Below, piece by piece: positions 19,864 to 30,401 of a stretch of 60,172 nt of DNA. A program made the position numbers and the translations under genes. Positions within the stretch are counted from its first letter, which is position 1. Every line of letters starts with the position of its first letter. Under the pieces are notes generated by a model. The model did no database searches and was not told the origin of the DNA. It was given only the letters and a program-made list of their open reading frames with translations. Source of the DNA: Candidatus Woesearchaeota archaeon (GTDB lineage Archaea > Nanobdellota > Nanobdellia > Pacearchaeales > GW2011-AR1); NCBI GenBank assembly GCA_964413095.1, contig CAYPRJ010000003.1, positions 1-60,172 of the forward strand, given 5' to 3'.

Positions 19864-21003
19864 ATGAAAAAGGTGGTGTGGATTTCAAGTTATTTAACCC
19901 GTTCATGTGGTATTGCTTACTATTCAGACTCTTATATTTCTGCTTTGAAAAAGTATTTTAAGAAAACAAATAAAAAAATATCAATTAAAATTATAGCTCA
20001 TACTGATGCGACCTTGGCTGATTATCCAATCATAGATAATGAGTCTGATAAAAAATGGCATTATAAAGTTTTTGAAGTTGTTAAGAAAGAAAAACCAGAT
20101 GTTGTTCATATTCAGCATGAATACGGTATGTATGAAACTTATGGAGATAATAATCAGAGAGTTATTGATTTGATAAAGATGATTAGGGAGAGGGGTATTC
20201 CTGTTGTAATGACTTATCATAGTGTTTACAGAAAATTAAAGCCACCCCATAAAAAATTTGTTTCAGAATCTTTGAAGATTTTGGATGCAGGAATTTTGCA
20301 CGAAGACTATCAAAAAAATTCTTTGCCTTCTAATATCAGCTGGAAACCTAAAAATATTTATGTGTTGCCTCATGGTTCAAGAGAGGATTTTAAAGAGAGC
20401 AAAGACAAAATAAGGAAAGAAATGGATTATGGTAAGAATGATTTGATTGTTGGTTCTGCTGGATTGGCTGATGAAAGGAAAGGTTTTAGGACATTAGTTA
20501 GACAATGGCCAAAAGTTATTAAGAAAATTCCTAATGCAAAACTTGTTTTAGAGGTTAAACCATTGTTTGCCCCTCAAACAAAAATTTACATAAGTGAGTT
20601 AATGAAGGTTATCATGGAAAGCCCTGTTAGTCGTAATATTGCTCTTGTTGTCAAAGACTATGGTTCAGAGGAGTTTTACAGAAGGTTGAGAAGTTTTGAT
20701 GTTTTGGTTTTACCTTACAAATCAGAGTCTCAATCAGGAGTATTGGCTCACGGTTTTGCAACAGGAACACCAGCAATTGTAACAGATATCGAGGGGCTTG
20801 GCGCAGAAATAAGAAATAGCAAGGCAGGAATTGCTGTTAAAAAAAGAGAGGATTTTTACAAAGCAATTATTAAAATGCTAAAATCAAAAAAACTTAGAGA
20901 TAGATATTCCAAAAATGCGTTAGATTATGTTAAGAAAGTTAATGGTTGGAATATAATTGCTAAAAAGACTTTTGATATTTGGAAGGAAGTTCAAAAAGAT
21001 TAA
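19864..21003 (+). CDS. Glycosyltransferase family 4 (GT-B)
   Basis: CGIAYY, PDVVHIQHEYG, VLPY....QSGVLA.GF..GTP.I.TD. Confidence 0.9.
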   Translation: MKKVVWISSYLTRSCGIAYYSDSYISALKKYFKKTNKKISIKIIAHTDATLADYPIIDNESDKKWHYKVFEVVKKEKPDVVHIQHEYGMYETYGDNNQRVIDLIKMIRERGIPVVMTYHSVYRKLKPPHKKFVSESLKILDAGILHEDYQKNSLPSNISWKPKNIYVLPHGSREDFKESKDKIRKEMDYGKNDLIVGSAGLADERKGFRTLVRQWPKVIKKIPNAKLVLEVKPLFAPQTKIYISELMKVIMESPVSRNIALVVKDYGSEEFYRRLRSFDVLVLPYKSESQSGVLAHGFATGTPAIVTDIEGLGAEIRNSKAGIAVKKREDFYKAIIKMLKSKKLRDRYSKNALDYVKKVNGWNIIAKKTFDIWKEVQKD

Positions 21004-21148
21004 TACCATTCCAATCCTTTAAAATCAAATTTGAAATCTATGTTTTTTCCTTAAATTTTCTTTTTTAGATTAATCATACAACACACTACTAAATTAAAAA
21101 TATTTAAAAACCAAATAAACTTAACATAATTATAACGTATGGTTTTCA

Positions 21149-21250
21149 GACTTCCATCAGAGGCAATAAAAGGAAGTCGCTTGAGGGGCGAGTGATTTCG
21201 CGTATCGCCTCAACAAATAGCGAGGTCAGGAGTAAAAACCGTAGGTTTTG
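21149..21250. repeat. Dispersed structured element, copy 1 (copy 2 lies in the tRNA-Asp intron)
   Basis: Colinear blocks GACTTCC, CAGAGGCAAT, AAAAGGAAG, GCGAGTGATTTCGC, AGCGARGTCAGGAGT, AAACC..GGTTT shared with 37813-37938. Confidence 0.85.
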
Positions 21251-21258
21251 AAAAGAGT

Positions 21259-22128
21259 GTGAATATGGCAAAGAAAAAAAGTTCTTCAAATTTAAAAAAG
21301 AAATCTGAGAAAAAATCCAAATCAAAAAAAGAGAAAAAAAATTATCCAACATTAAATATTAAAGATGAATCAGAAATTGCTATGGATTTTGCTATCAAGG
21401 CATATAAAAAATTTGACAAACTTATCAAATCAATAGTTTTATTTGGTTCAAGTGTTAAACAATCTTCTTCTGCAGGTTCAGATATTGATATAGTTATCAT
21501 AATCGATGATGCTTCTGTAAAATGGGATCAGGAGTTAATAACATGGTATAGGAAAGAATTAGATAAGCTTCTAAGAGCTAATCCTTATAAAAAAGATTTA
21601 CATATCAATACAATAAAACTAACTACCTGGTGGGAAGATTTGATAAGGGGTGATCCTGTTGTTATAAATATTATAAGATATGGAGAGCCAATGATTGATA
21701 TGGCAGGATTTTTTGAACCCTTAAAGCATCTTTTAGTTGAAGGAAAAATAAAATCAACACCAGAAGCAATTCATGCTTGTCTTCAAAGAGCTCCTATGCA
21801 TATGGCAAGGAGCAAAGCATCTGAAATGAATTCTGTAGAAGGATTATATTGGGCAATGGTTGATACTGCTCATGCAGCTTTAATTGCTGCAAAAATTCCA
21901 CCAGCTTCTCCAGAACATATTCCTAGAGATTTAAAAGAAACTTTTGTCAATAAAGGAAAACTAAAAATGAAATATGTTCTTTGGTATAGAGATTTATTAT
22001 TATTACATAAAAAAATTGCTCACGGAGAAACCAATGACTTAAAAGGAGTGGAAGTAGATATGTGGCAAGAAAGAACTGAAGATTTTATGGAAACAATGGC
22101 TCAGTTAGTAAAAAACATAGTTGGTTAA
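21259..22128 (+). CDS. Nucleotidyltransferase (Pol-beta/MNT) + HEPN-like fusion
   Basis: LFGSS...SDIDIV; C-terminal YWAM..TAHAAL helical domain. Confidence 0.8.
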   Translation: MNMAKKKSSSNLKKKSEKKSKSKKEKKNYPTLNIKDESEIAMDFAIKAYKKFDKLIKSIVLFGSSVKQSSSAGSDIDIVIIIDDASVKWDQELITWYRKELDKLLRANPYKKDLHINTIKLTTWWEDLIRGDPVVINIIRYGEPMIDMAGFFEPLKHLLVEGKIKSTPEAIHACLQRAPMHMARSKASEMNSVEGLYWAMVDTAHAALIAAKIPPASPEHIPRDLKETFVNKGKLKMKYVLWYRDLLLLHKKIAHGETNDLKGVEVDMWQERTEDFMETMAQLVKNIVG

Positions 22129-22668
22129 CTATGCTGTTTCTCCTTCAGAATTTTCTTTAGGATATAAACTCTCTAAAGTTTGTGTTGTTAAACTATTAAA
22201 AATAGAAAGTGTTTTTTCTCTTAATTTTCTATCTCTAAGAGTATTTATAGCTTGATATGCTTTTCCAATTTTTTCTTTATCTTCATCAGAAATTTCTTTA
22301 TCTTTTGTTTTCTTAGATAAATCTTCTAATGTTGATTCATTATACTCTGAAAGTGCACTTTTAGCTTCTTCAGGAATACTATATCCTTCTTCTAAGTAAT
22401 TAACAAGCTCAGAGAATTTTGTTGAATTAAATGCTTTTTCATATTTTCCAGAATAACTTTGTATTGCTTGAGCAACACCGTAATTTGTTAATCCAGCTTC
22501 TCCGCCTGAAGCAGCTTCTTGTAATGATTTATTTATAATTGGATCATCTTCATCTAATATATTTTTATAAAAATCACCTAAAGCTACAACTGCTAATTGA
22601 TTGTCTTTTTTTACATTTGAAGCAGCTACTGCAGCTGATTCATATCTTGTTAAATCTTCTAAAGTCAT
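22129..22668 (-). CDS. Hypothetical acidic helical protein
   Basis: 179-aa ORF. Confidence 0.6.
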   Translation of the reverse strand: MTLEDLTRYESAAVAASNVKKDNQLAVVALGDFYKNILDEDDPIINKSLQEAASGGEAGLTNYGVAQAIQSYSGKYEKAFNSTKFSELVNYLEEGYSIPEEAKSALSEYNESTLEDLSKKTKDKEISDEDKEKIGKAYQAINTLRDRKLREKTLSIFNSLTTQTLESLYPKENSEGETA

Positions 22669-22743
22669 TTTCTATAATAATTCTAAAAATCTAAACTTTA
22701 TAAATGTTTCTATTTTGTCATCATTAAGTAGTTAAAAATTATC

Positions 22744-23280
22744 TTATTTTTTAACTTCATGCACAACTTTTGTTTTTCCTGGAAGCTTAGAATTTACTTG
22801 GGCTAATAACTTCCTAACAAATTTAACTGCTTTTTCATTTGGAAGAGCAATGAAGAATATTTTTCTTCCTTTGTTTACAATAGCTGCTTTTCCTGCAGCT
22901 TTTCCAAAAGCCAACTGCATTCCTGTTTGCATTCTGTCTGCTCCTGCTCCAGTAAGCATCTTGTTCTCTCTTTGAATGTGATGTGGAAAAGGAATAACTC
23001 TAAACAAATATTGTCCAGAAAGTTCTTTATCAAGTTTTTTATTTATGAACTGTCTGCAAGCTTCTAGAGCATTATGTCTAATCTGAATATTTTCCTCTGA
23101 AACAAGATTTAATTCATAGGGAAGCTTCCCTCTTTTATACAAAGAATAATTTCCCATATTAAACTTAACGATTTTCTGTTGTGGTACAGTTTTTATGTAA
23201 GATTTTCCCTTTCTTTTACTGGTTCTTGTATAAGGAACAGTTCTTTTTTTTGAATATGCTGTAGCTTTTCTAAGTGCCAT
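22744..23280 (-). CDS. rpl10e: 50S ribosomal protein uL16 (L10e)
   Basis: QIRHNALEACR, FPHHIQRENKMLTGAGADR..GM..AFGK. Confidence 0.97.
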   Translation of the reverse strand: MALRKATAYSKKRTVPYTRTSKRKGKSYIKTVPQQKIVKFNMGNYSLYKRGKLPYELNLVSEENIQIRHNALEACRQFINKKLDKELSGQYLFRVIPFPHHIQRENKMLTGAGADRMQTGMQLAFGKAAGKAAIVNKGRKIFFIALPNEKAVKFVRKLLAQVNSKLPGKTKVVHEVKK

Positions 23281-23642
23281 TATCCCCTCTCTGAAACAAA
23301 ATATTTATTTCCTCCACCCAATTTTTCAAAATAATTTATTTCATTTTTAATACCCTTGATATCTAATCTTCTATTTGGAGATATAAATACCCCTCCTTTT
23401 CCACCAATCTTTGCTTTAAAAAAATATTCTTTATTTTCATCTAATTCTTCAAGAAAAATTTCTTCTCCTTTTATTCCAGAAGAAATACTTGATATTTTAG
23501 TAACTAAAAAACTTTCTTTTTTTTCAGGATTTTGACTTTCTTCTTTACAATCCTCCAAATTTTTTTCATAATTTTCTTTTATTTTAATTTCCTCGTTCTC
23601 ATAATCTTTCTCTAAATTTTTTTGTGAATCTAAATCACTCAT
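23280..23642 (-). CDS. Hypothetical protein
   Basis: ORF coupled between rpl35ae and rpl10e. Confidence 0.55.
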   Translation of the reverse strand: MSDLDSQKNLEKDYENEEIKIKENYEKNLEDCKEESQNPEKKESFLVTKISSISSGIKGEEIFLEELDENKEYFFKAKIGGKGGVFISPNRRLDIKGIKNEINYFEKLGGGNKYFVSERG

Positions 23643-23911
23643 TTTTCTTTAACCTCTAAAATTTCTAAGTCAGTTGTAATAGATTGTCCTGGCAAACCTT
23701 TTTCAAAAATTGCTCTGACAATTCCATTATTTCCATGAGCAGAAGAAATTTTTCCTTTAATTATTTTGCCGCTAGGAGATTTCCACTCAACTTTTTTGCC
23801 AACAAATTTTTCAGCTTCTTCTCTGCTTTTTGCTCCCACATCTATCAAAAAGTGCCTTTCATGAATTGTATGTCTTCCTCGTCTAAATTGAACAACTTTT
23901 CCTTTAATCAT
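23639..23911 (-). CDS. rpl35ae: 50S ribosomal protein eL33 (L35Ae)
   Basis: FRRGRHT, GKKVEWKSPSG, HGNNG.VRA.F..GLPGQ. Confidence 0.95.
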   Translation of the reverse strand: MIKGKVVQFRRGRHTIHERHFLIDVGAKSREEAEKFVGKKVEWKSPSGKIIKGKISSAHGNNGIVRAIFEKGLPGQSITTDLEILEVKEK

Positions 23912-23988
23912 TTAATTAATCACTAAACTAAAAATTTAGTTAATATTTAATGAAAAATTTAGTTTTTAAAATTATTCTTTCTTTATTG

Positions 23989-24351
23989 TCATCTAAATTT
24001 CTTTGGGATAATAGGTCCATTTAAAAGATAAAAATCAACAAGTTGCTTTAAAACATAAGGAGCATGCTTAAGTGAAGTAAAATATGCTAATTTTACTATT
24101 TCTTCATCTAAATAATCTTGATTGCTTTCATCCTTTAAAGTTCTTAAAGAATTAATAAATTCTCTTAATTCTGGACCATTGTTTTTCAAATCTTCATCTG
24201 AAAAATTTTCCTCTCCTAATCTCTCTAAAAGACCTCCTGCGCTGTCACATAATTCTTTATAATCTTTTTCACTTAATTTCTTCTCAGAAGATTCATGAAG
24301 ATTCTCAACACATTCAATCATATCTAAAATATCATCATATAAATTAATCAT
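23989..24351 (-). CDS. Hypothetical protein
   Basis: 120-aa acidic ORF overlapping the upstream stop. Confidence 0.55.
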   Translation of the reverse strand: MINLYDDILDMIECVENLHESSEKKLSEKDYKELCDSAGGLLERLGEENFSDEDLKNNGPELREFINSLRTLKDESNQDYLDEEIVKLAYFTSLKHAPYVLKQLVDFYLLNGPIIPKKFR

Positions 24352-25946
24352 TTTTCCTCCTTGCTCTTACCATTTGCCAACTCACATCTTTGATTATATT
24401 CAATTAAATCATTAATTAAAATTGAAGCATTTTTCCTTGCTTCATCAACTTTATGAATATTTAATTTTCCCTTTTTAAAATCAGCTCTTGCAGTAACAAT
24501 ATTTTTCAAAATTCTCAAAGATTGTGGAGTCATTTTTCCTTTTTTAACCAGTTTTTTTTCAAATTCTTCAATTATTGCTTTTTGTGATTTTTTTCCAAAC
24601 ATGTTTTTTAAAATTGCAAAAGTATCCTGATAAATTTGTTCAATAGTTTTTTCCTGAGCTCTTTTTTCAATCTGCTCTCTTAGTTCTTTAAGCCTCTTCA
24701 AATAAGCTTCAGAATCTTTAATCAGCTTGTCGATTTCAGCTCCTTTAATTTCTTTAATTTTTTCATGCTCATAATCTTTGTAAATCTTAACAACTTTCTC
24801 TAAAATATCAATATATTTTTTTTCCAACATTTTTTCTTTTACCATAAAAGATTTTTTCATTTCTTCAACCAAATGTTTTGGTGCAGGGGGCGGTGAGCCA
24901 TTCAGCATCATTAATGCTTGACTAGGAGTTGTAACACTCCAATAAATATCATGAACAGCAATATCTAATAAAGCCCTTTTTGCCCTTGATACAGTTTTAT
25001 CACCCATAGACATAAACATATCAATAGCTTCTGGAGAAGGCTTAAGTTTCCCCATTTTCAAAAGAGCTTTCCATGGCATAAATGTTCCTCTGTCATAAAT
25101 TGGAATTCCATCTCTGATAAAAGTAAAAATAACAGGATGAGCATCTTTAACTGATTCCCAAAAATCAGTAAGCAAATAAATTTGTGGCTCAAGTTTATTT
25201 TTAACTCCAGCCAAGTTTGTAGCTTCTGAAACATACTGATAAATAATCCCTCTAAGTCTTTCTTTTAATTCTAAACGCGGCATTCTTTTAACATCTGTAT
25301 CATTAATAACAATAAAAACATCAACATCAGAATCTTTTCCTGCTTCTCCCCTCACTAAACTTCCACCAATAACATAACTTACAACATATCTTTCAAATTT
25401 TTGCAAAACCAAAGACTTGTGTATTTCTGCAACTCTAAGAGCTCCAAGAACTCCCTTATCATAAAGAGGAAAAGACATTGCTATAGCAGAAGCAATTTCA
25501 AATTTACTGTCAAGACAAAGTTCCCAGATATCTAAAGGAGTTTTAACATAAATCCAAACATTTTGTTTATTTTTTTCAATTTGTTCAATAATCTCTTTTT
25601 TTATCTTTGGAATTTCTTTGGATTTCTCTTCAGGAACAATAATATACAAATGAATTTTTTTCATGAGTTTATTTATTTTTTCTTCAGGCAAACCTTCCCC
25701 AACTTCTTCCTCAATAAAATTCTTTAGTGTTTGTGGAGGAATAATTCCTATTCCTTGAATATAAGAATATTTTTTAATAATGTAATTTTTCAATTTCTCA
25801 AGTTCTTTCTTAACTTTTTCCATATTTTTTTTATCTTTTTGAGGAGTTTCCGGAGCAATTGGTTTTTTATTAGAATACTGATTCTGGGCTCCAATACCCA
25901 TTTCTGGAATTTCTGATTCATCTTGAGTTTTTTTCTTTGATTCCAT
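24348..25946 (-). CDS. Multi-domain nucleotidyltransferase + HEPN-like protein
   Basis: GGSLVRGE...SDVDVF; degenerate N-terminal NT-like repeat; IYWS..TPSQAL helical domain. Confidence 0.8.
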   Translation of the reverse strand: MESKKKTQDESEIPEMGIGAQNQYSNKKPIAPETPQKDKKNMEKVKKELEKLKNYIIKKYSYIQGIGIIPPQTLKNFIEEEVGEGLPEEKINKLMKKIHLYIIVPEEKSKEIPKIKKEIIEQIEKNKQNVWIYVKTPLDIWELCLDSKFEIASAIAMSFPLYDKGVLGALRVAEIHKSLVLQKFERYVVSYVIGGSLVRGEAGKDSDVDVFIVINDTDVKRMPRLELKERLRGIIYQYVSEATNLAGVKNKLEPQIYLLTDFWESVKDAHPVIFTFIRDGIPIYDRGTFMPWKALLKMGKLKPSPEAIDMFMSMGDKTVSRAKRALLDIAVHDIYWSVTTPSQALMMLNGSPPPAPKHLVEEMKKSFMVKEKMLEKKYIDILEKVVKIYKDYEHEKIKEIKGAEIDKLIKDSEAYLKRLKELREQIEKRAQEKTIEQIYQDTFAILKNMFGKKSQKAIIEEFEKKLVKKGKMTPQSLRILKNIVTARADFKKGKLNIHKVDEARKNASILINDLIEYNQRCELANGKSKEEK

Positions 25947-26101
25947 ACTGAAAAAACGTTTTTCGACTTATATAAAGTTTGTGTTATAATTATCAACTGA
26001 TTAGATAAATTTTAAAACAGTAGAAACTTAAAAAATATAAGGCCCATTATGTAAGTGCCCTAAAAAGCTGTTATAGATAGTAAAAGTCAGTCACTATTCA
26101 A

Positions 26102-26173
26102 GGCCCATTAGTCCAACGGCTAAGACGACTCGTTTACACCGAGTAAACCAAGGTTCAACTCCTTGATGGGCCA
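26102..26173 (+). tRNA. tRNA-Val(TAC)
   Basis: GGCCCAT/ATGGGCC acceptor; ACTCG-TTTACAC-CGAGT; T arm CAAGG-TTCAACT-CCTTG. Confidence 0.95.
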
Positions 26174-26413
26174 TCTTAATTTTTTAAAATAAAATACTAA
26201 TTAATGAACTTAAAACAAAAACACCTGAAGTAAATGATGATGAATACTCTTCATTAACTTTCCTAATGTTGAAGTAAATGTTAGAGATGGAGAAATAAAT
26301 ATAGTTTCGAAAATTGAACTAAAATTAGATAATATTGATATTGACAAAACAATAAAAATAACCATTAACCAACCCCAATTAATCTTAAAAAGTATTTCTT
26401 CTTAAAAAAATAA

Positions 26414-26484
26414 GCGTGAGTAGTTTAATGGCAGAACAGGACGTTGCCAACGTTCAAATCGGGGTTCAATTCCCCGTTCGCGCA
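26414..26484 (+). tRNA. tRNA-Gly(GCC)
   Basis: GCGTGAG/TTCGCGC; GGACG-TTGCCAA-CGTTC; CGGGG-TTCAATT-CCCCG. Confidence 0.95.
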
Positions 26485-26493
26485 TTTTGATAG

Positions 26494-26883
26494 TTATCTT
26501 TTAGATTTTTTAGATTTATTTCTTCCTTTTTCTTCTTCAAAATTTTCTATTCTTCTTATTACTTTCTTAATTTTTCTTTTTTTCTTTTTTCTTCCCCATT
26601 TTGCTATAACAATCATAATAAAAATTACAATAAAGGTTACAATTATTGCTGAAACAAAATTATACAAATAAGCTTTATCTAATAATCCAGCTCTAGTGAG
26701 AAATTCATCTATACCAGATTTAATAGCATCTCTCCAAATTAAAGCAATTATAAAACCAAAACTTGCAACAACAGCAGGAGTTACATCATGTTTTAGTTCT
26801 CTTTTAATATTTTTTAAATCAGTTTGCAATTCAGCAACAATTTCATTCTTATTTTTCTTTTTATTCTTCTTCCTCTTTTTCAT
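26494..26883 (-). CDS. Small membrane protein (DUF5654-like)
   Basis: ASFGFIIALIWRDAIK..I motif; ATG at 26883. Confidence 0.7.
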   Translation of the reverse strand: MKKRKKNKKKNKNEIVAELQTDLKNIKRELKHDVTPAVVASFGFIIALIWRDAIKSGIDEFLTRAGLLDKAYLYNFVSAIIVTFIVIFIMIVIAKWGRKKKKRKIKKVIRRIENFEEEKGRNKSKKSKR

Positions 26884-26967
26884 AACATCTCCAATAAAAT
26901 AAATCTTATAAGTCTTTTGGATAATGAAGTTTTTTAAACACATGTTTCTTAAAAATAAAGAGGTGAA

Positions 26968-27819
26968 ATGTTTTACATTCCTATAATTGGAGCTTTAGCA
27001 TTAGCTGTTGGAACAATTTTACAGAAGACAGTATTAAAAAGAAAGCGAATTGATATAAAGCTCTACCATGTCCTAGAATTTCTAGCAATAGTTGCAGTAA
27101 TGATTCCACTTATTTTCTTTTTCTGGAATATTGAGTCAGAAGCATTTCAATTAAAAAATATTTTAATATTTTCTGTAGTTATAGTTTTTTCAATATTTGC
27201 AAATCTTTTTATGTTTTATTCTATGAAATGGGAAAAAATATCTAGCTTAGAACCGGCAAAAATTCTCGAGCCACTTTTTGTAATTATTTTAGCTTTAATA
27301 TTTAGTTTTATCTTCGGAGAAACTCTTTATGACAGAAATCTCAACATATTAATTCCATCACTAATTGCTGGAGTGGCTCTTACTTTTTCGCACATAAAAA
27401 AACATCATCTAACATTCAACAAATATTTTATTGCAGCAGTTTTAGGAAGTTTATTTTTTGCATTTGAATTAATAATTTCAAGATTAATTTTAGACTTTTA
27501 CTCTCCACTAACATTTTATTTCCTAAGATGTTCTTCAATTCTTCTGATAAGTTTTGCTTTATTCAGACCAAAAATAAAAAAAGCAGAAAAAATAAAATGG
27601 CACATAATTTTTATAGGAATTGTTCTTGTGATTTATAGGGTTGTAGTTTATTATGGTTATCAAAACCTCGGAATTATGTTCACAACATTGATGATAATGT
27701 TAACACCTGTTTTTATATACACTTTTGCAAGAATTTTCTTAAAAGAAAAATTAAACTGGAAAAATATTCTTTCAGCAGCAGTTATAATTTCATGTATTGT
27801 CTATGTTCTTTTAAACTAA
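26968..27819 (+). CDS. DMT/EamA family transporter
   Basis: About 10 TM segments in two repeats; FLKEKL at C terminus. Confidence 0.85.
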   Translation: MFYIPIIGALALAVGTILQKTVLKRKRIDIKLYHVLEFLAIVAVMIPLIFFFWNIESEAFQLKNILIFSVVIVFSIFANLFMFYSMKWEKISSLEPAKILEPLFVIILALIFSFIFGETLYDRNLNILIPSLIAGVALTFSHIKKHHLTFNKYFIAAVLGSLFFAFELIISRLILDFYSPLTFYFLRCSSILLISFALFRPKIKKAEKIKWHIIFIGIVLVIYRVVVYYGYQNLGIMFTTLMIMLTPVFIYTFARIFLKEKLNWKNILSAAVIISCIVYVLLN

Positions 27820-27832
27820 TTAAAAATTATAA

Positions 27833-29476
27833 CTAATATCCAGAATATCCCATATCTCCATAGTTGCTAGGATTGCCCATATTCATTTTCATGTTTCTAT
27901 TCATACCTTGTTTGCTCTCTCCAGAAGCAATAACATCATCTATACGTAAAATCATTATAGCTACTTCACTAGCAGAACTTATTGCCTGGCTTTTAATTTT
28001 ATATGGTTCAATAATTCTTTTTTCTAAAACATTTTCAATTTTATTGTTAAACAAATTTAATCCAATATTTTTTTCACCAGCATCATGTTTTGATTTTAAC
28101 TCAGTAAGAACATCTATTGGATCAAGTCCTCCATTCTCAGCAAGGGTGGCAGGAATAGCTTCTAAAGCAGAGGCGAATTCCTCAACAGCAAGCTGCTCTC
28201 TACCACTTAATCCTTGTGAAAACTCTCTAAGTCTTTTAGATAACTCAACTTCAATAGCACCTCCCCCAGGAACTACTAAGCCAGTTTTAAAAGAAGAAAT
28301 AACATCTCCTAATCCATCTCTTAAAGCTCTTTCAATTTCATCAATAACATGCTCTGTTCCCCCGTGAATTAAAATAGTTAAAGCTTTGGGATTTTCACAA
28401 CCTTCAATGTAAGTTAAAGTATCTTCACCATGGCTAACTTCTCTAATTGTTTCAGCATTTCCTAATTCCTGCTGAGAAAGCTCTCCTAAATTACTAACAA
28501 TTTTTCCACCAGTAGCTTTTGCTATTTTCTCCATATCACTTTTAGCAACTCTCCTGCAAGCATAAATTCCTGCTCTTGAAAGCAAATACTGAGCAAAATC
28601 ATCAATTCCTTTTTGGCAAAAAATAACATTAGCCCCTGACTCTTTAACTTTCTCAATCATATTCTTTATTGTTTTTTCTTCCTGGTCAACAAAACCCTGT
28701 AATTGTTCAGGAGAAGAAATTGAAATTTTTGTATCTATTTCTGGGTTTTTAATTTCAAGAGGAAAATCAATTAAAGCTATTTTCGCTCCATGAACATTTG
28801 AAGGCATTTCATTGGATGTTTTTTCTTTATCTAAAACAATCCCTGAAATAAGTTCTGTATCCTGCACACCATTACCTTTTGATTTTTCAATTTTAATGTC
28901 ATTTAAATTTACATTTCCATTATTCTGAATTTTCATCACTGCATCAACAATAACCTGGGCAAATTTCTCCTTAAATCCTTCTGCACCTTTTCCAGTCATA
29001 GCTGTAATTGCAATATACTTCAAAATATTCTCGTCTTGCGCAGTCATTCTCAAAGAAATATCTTTCAAAATTCCTTGGCATTTTTCAGCTGCCATTCTAT
29101 AACCTTTAGTAATAACTGTAGGATGAATTTTCTTGTCTAAAAGTTTCTCGGCATTCTCTAAAAGTTTGCCAGCAATCATAACTGCTGTTGTTGTTCCATC
29201 ACCAATTTCAGTTTCCTGTGTTTTTGCAATATCAACCATCATTCGCGCAGCAGGGTGTTCTATTTGCATTTCTTCTAAAATTGTGACTCCATCATTTGTA
29301 ATAATAATTTCACTGCTAGGAGATACAAGCATTTTGTCCATTCCTTTAGGTCCAAGAGTAGTTTTAATCATATCTGCAACCATTCTTGCAGCTAAAATAT
29401 TATTCCTTTGTGCATCTTTTCCCATCATCCTCTGAACATCCTCAGGCATAAGAACTATTGGTTGTTTTTCTGCCAT
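27833..29476 (-). CDS. ths: Thermosome (group II chaperonin) subunit
   Basis: [35 protein letters not shown]. Confidence 0.98.
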   Translation of the reverse strand: MAEKQPIVLMPEDVQRMMGKDAQRNNILAARMVADMIKTTLGPKGMDKMLVSPSSEIIITNDGVTILEEMQIEHPAARMMVDIAKTQETEIGDGTTTAVMIAGKLLENAEKLLDKKIHPTVITKGYRMAAEKCQGILKDISLRMTAQDENILKYIAITAMTGKGAEGFKEKFAQVIVDAVMKIQNNGNVNLNDIKIEKSKGNGVQDTELISGIVLDKEKTSNEMPSNVHGAKIALIDFPLEIKNPEIDTKISISSPEQLQGFVDQEEKTIKNMIEKVKESGANVIFCQKGIDDFAQYLLSRAGIYACRRVAKSDMEKIAKATGGKIVSNLGELSQQELGNAETIREVSHGEDTLTYIEGCENPKALTILIHGGTEHVIDEIERALRDGLGDVISSFKTGLVVPGGGAIEVELSKRLREFSQGLSGREQLAVEEFASALEAIPATLAENGGLDPIDVLTELKSKHDAGEKNIGLNLFNNKIENVLEKRIIEPYKIKSQAISSASEVAIMILRIDDVIASGESKQGMNRNMKMNMGNPSNYGDMGYSGY

Positions 29477-29561
29477 ATTTAAAAGTTTAACTTCTAATAT
29501 TTAAACATTATTGTGATGAAAAAACAAGAAAATTTAATAAGTATAAATCCCTTAATATATA

Positions 29562-30119
29562 ATGAAAAATATAGTGGTTTCAGACATAATGACTCGAGAA
29601 CCTCTAACAGTGAGACCCAGCACAAATCTCTTGGAATGTGCTAAACAAATGGTCAAAAAAAGACTTAATAGCTTACCAATTACTAACAAAAAAAAGCTTG
29701 TGGGTTTTATTTCTCAAAGAGATATTTTATGGGCAATGGTAAAAAAATCCAAAAAGGACTTAACGCACATAAAAGCAATAAGTATTTCTCCAAAAAAAAT
29801 TGCAATATTAAAACCCTCAGCTTCAATTGAAGAAGCAATTAGTAAAATAAAAAAATACAAATTTTACAAATACCCTGTAACAAAAAATAATGGAGAATTA
29901 GTAGGAATAATCACAATAAGGGATATCCTAAACTTTTATCCGCAACTTCAACCAGAATTCAGAGAATTAGAACTGATTAGAGAAGAAAAAGAAAAACTAA
30001 AAAGATTGAAAACTGGAGCCAAAAAAATAAAAAACATCTGTGAAAAATGCGGAAAAAATGATTATCTCTACAAATTTAATGGAATGCTTCTCTGTGAAAC
30101 CTGCATGAATTCTATGTAA
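29562..30119 (+). CDS. CBS-domain protein with C-terminal zinc ribbon
   Basis: Tandem CBS repeats; CEKCG...LCETC. Confidence 0.9.
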   Translation: MKNIVVSDIMTREPLTVRPSTNLLECAKQMVKKRLNSLPITNKKKLVGFISQRDILWAMVKKSKKDLTHIKAISISPKKIAILKPSASIEEAISKIKKYKFYKYPVTKNNGELVGIITIRDILNFYPQLQPEFRELELIREEKEKLKRLKTGAKKIKNICEKCGKNDYLYKFNGMLLCETCMNSM

Positions 30120-30195
30120 TTGATTTAATTAGAAAAGAAACTTCTATCCAACTTTGTGTATAAAGTCTGAATAATGACTTACTCTTTACACAGAA

Positions 30196-30279
30196 TTAGA
30201 CAGTTAAAATAAAATTAATTGTTAAAAGAACAAGTATAGCAAAATACCCATATTTATCTACAAAGTCTGTAAAATCCAT
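30196..30279 (-). CDS. Possible 27-aa single-TM micro-protein (MDFTDFVDKYGYFAILVLLTINFILTV)
   Basis: ATG-to-TAA open frame filling an otherwise empty gap. Confidence 0.35.
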   Translation of the reverse strand: MDFTDFVDKYGYFAILVLLTINFILTV

Positions 30280-30401
30280 AAGTTATATTAGGTTTGGTTA
30301 TTAAAAAATCTTTTTATTTAGATTTTTTATCTTTAAGCCCAATTAAGTTAACAATACATTATATCCGAAGAATATTTAAATAAAGTTTCATATATTTTAA
30401 A

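Noticed and set aside
21119..21146. dif-like site (ACTTAACATAA resembles a XerD arm)
   Set aside because: The second arm does not match at 6-bp spacing; easily chance at this AT content.
21149..21250. The shared element as a hammerhead ribozyme
   Set aside because: The minus strand has CUGA and CGAAA, but the required CUGANGA core is absent in both copies.
27864..29435. Long antisense ORFs over thermosome and other core genes (also within hisS, gltX, serS, AbiE)
   Set aside because: Shadow frames of well-supported genes on the opposite strand.
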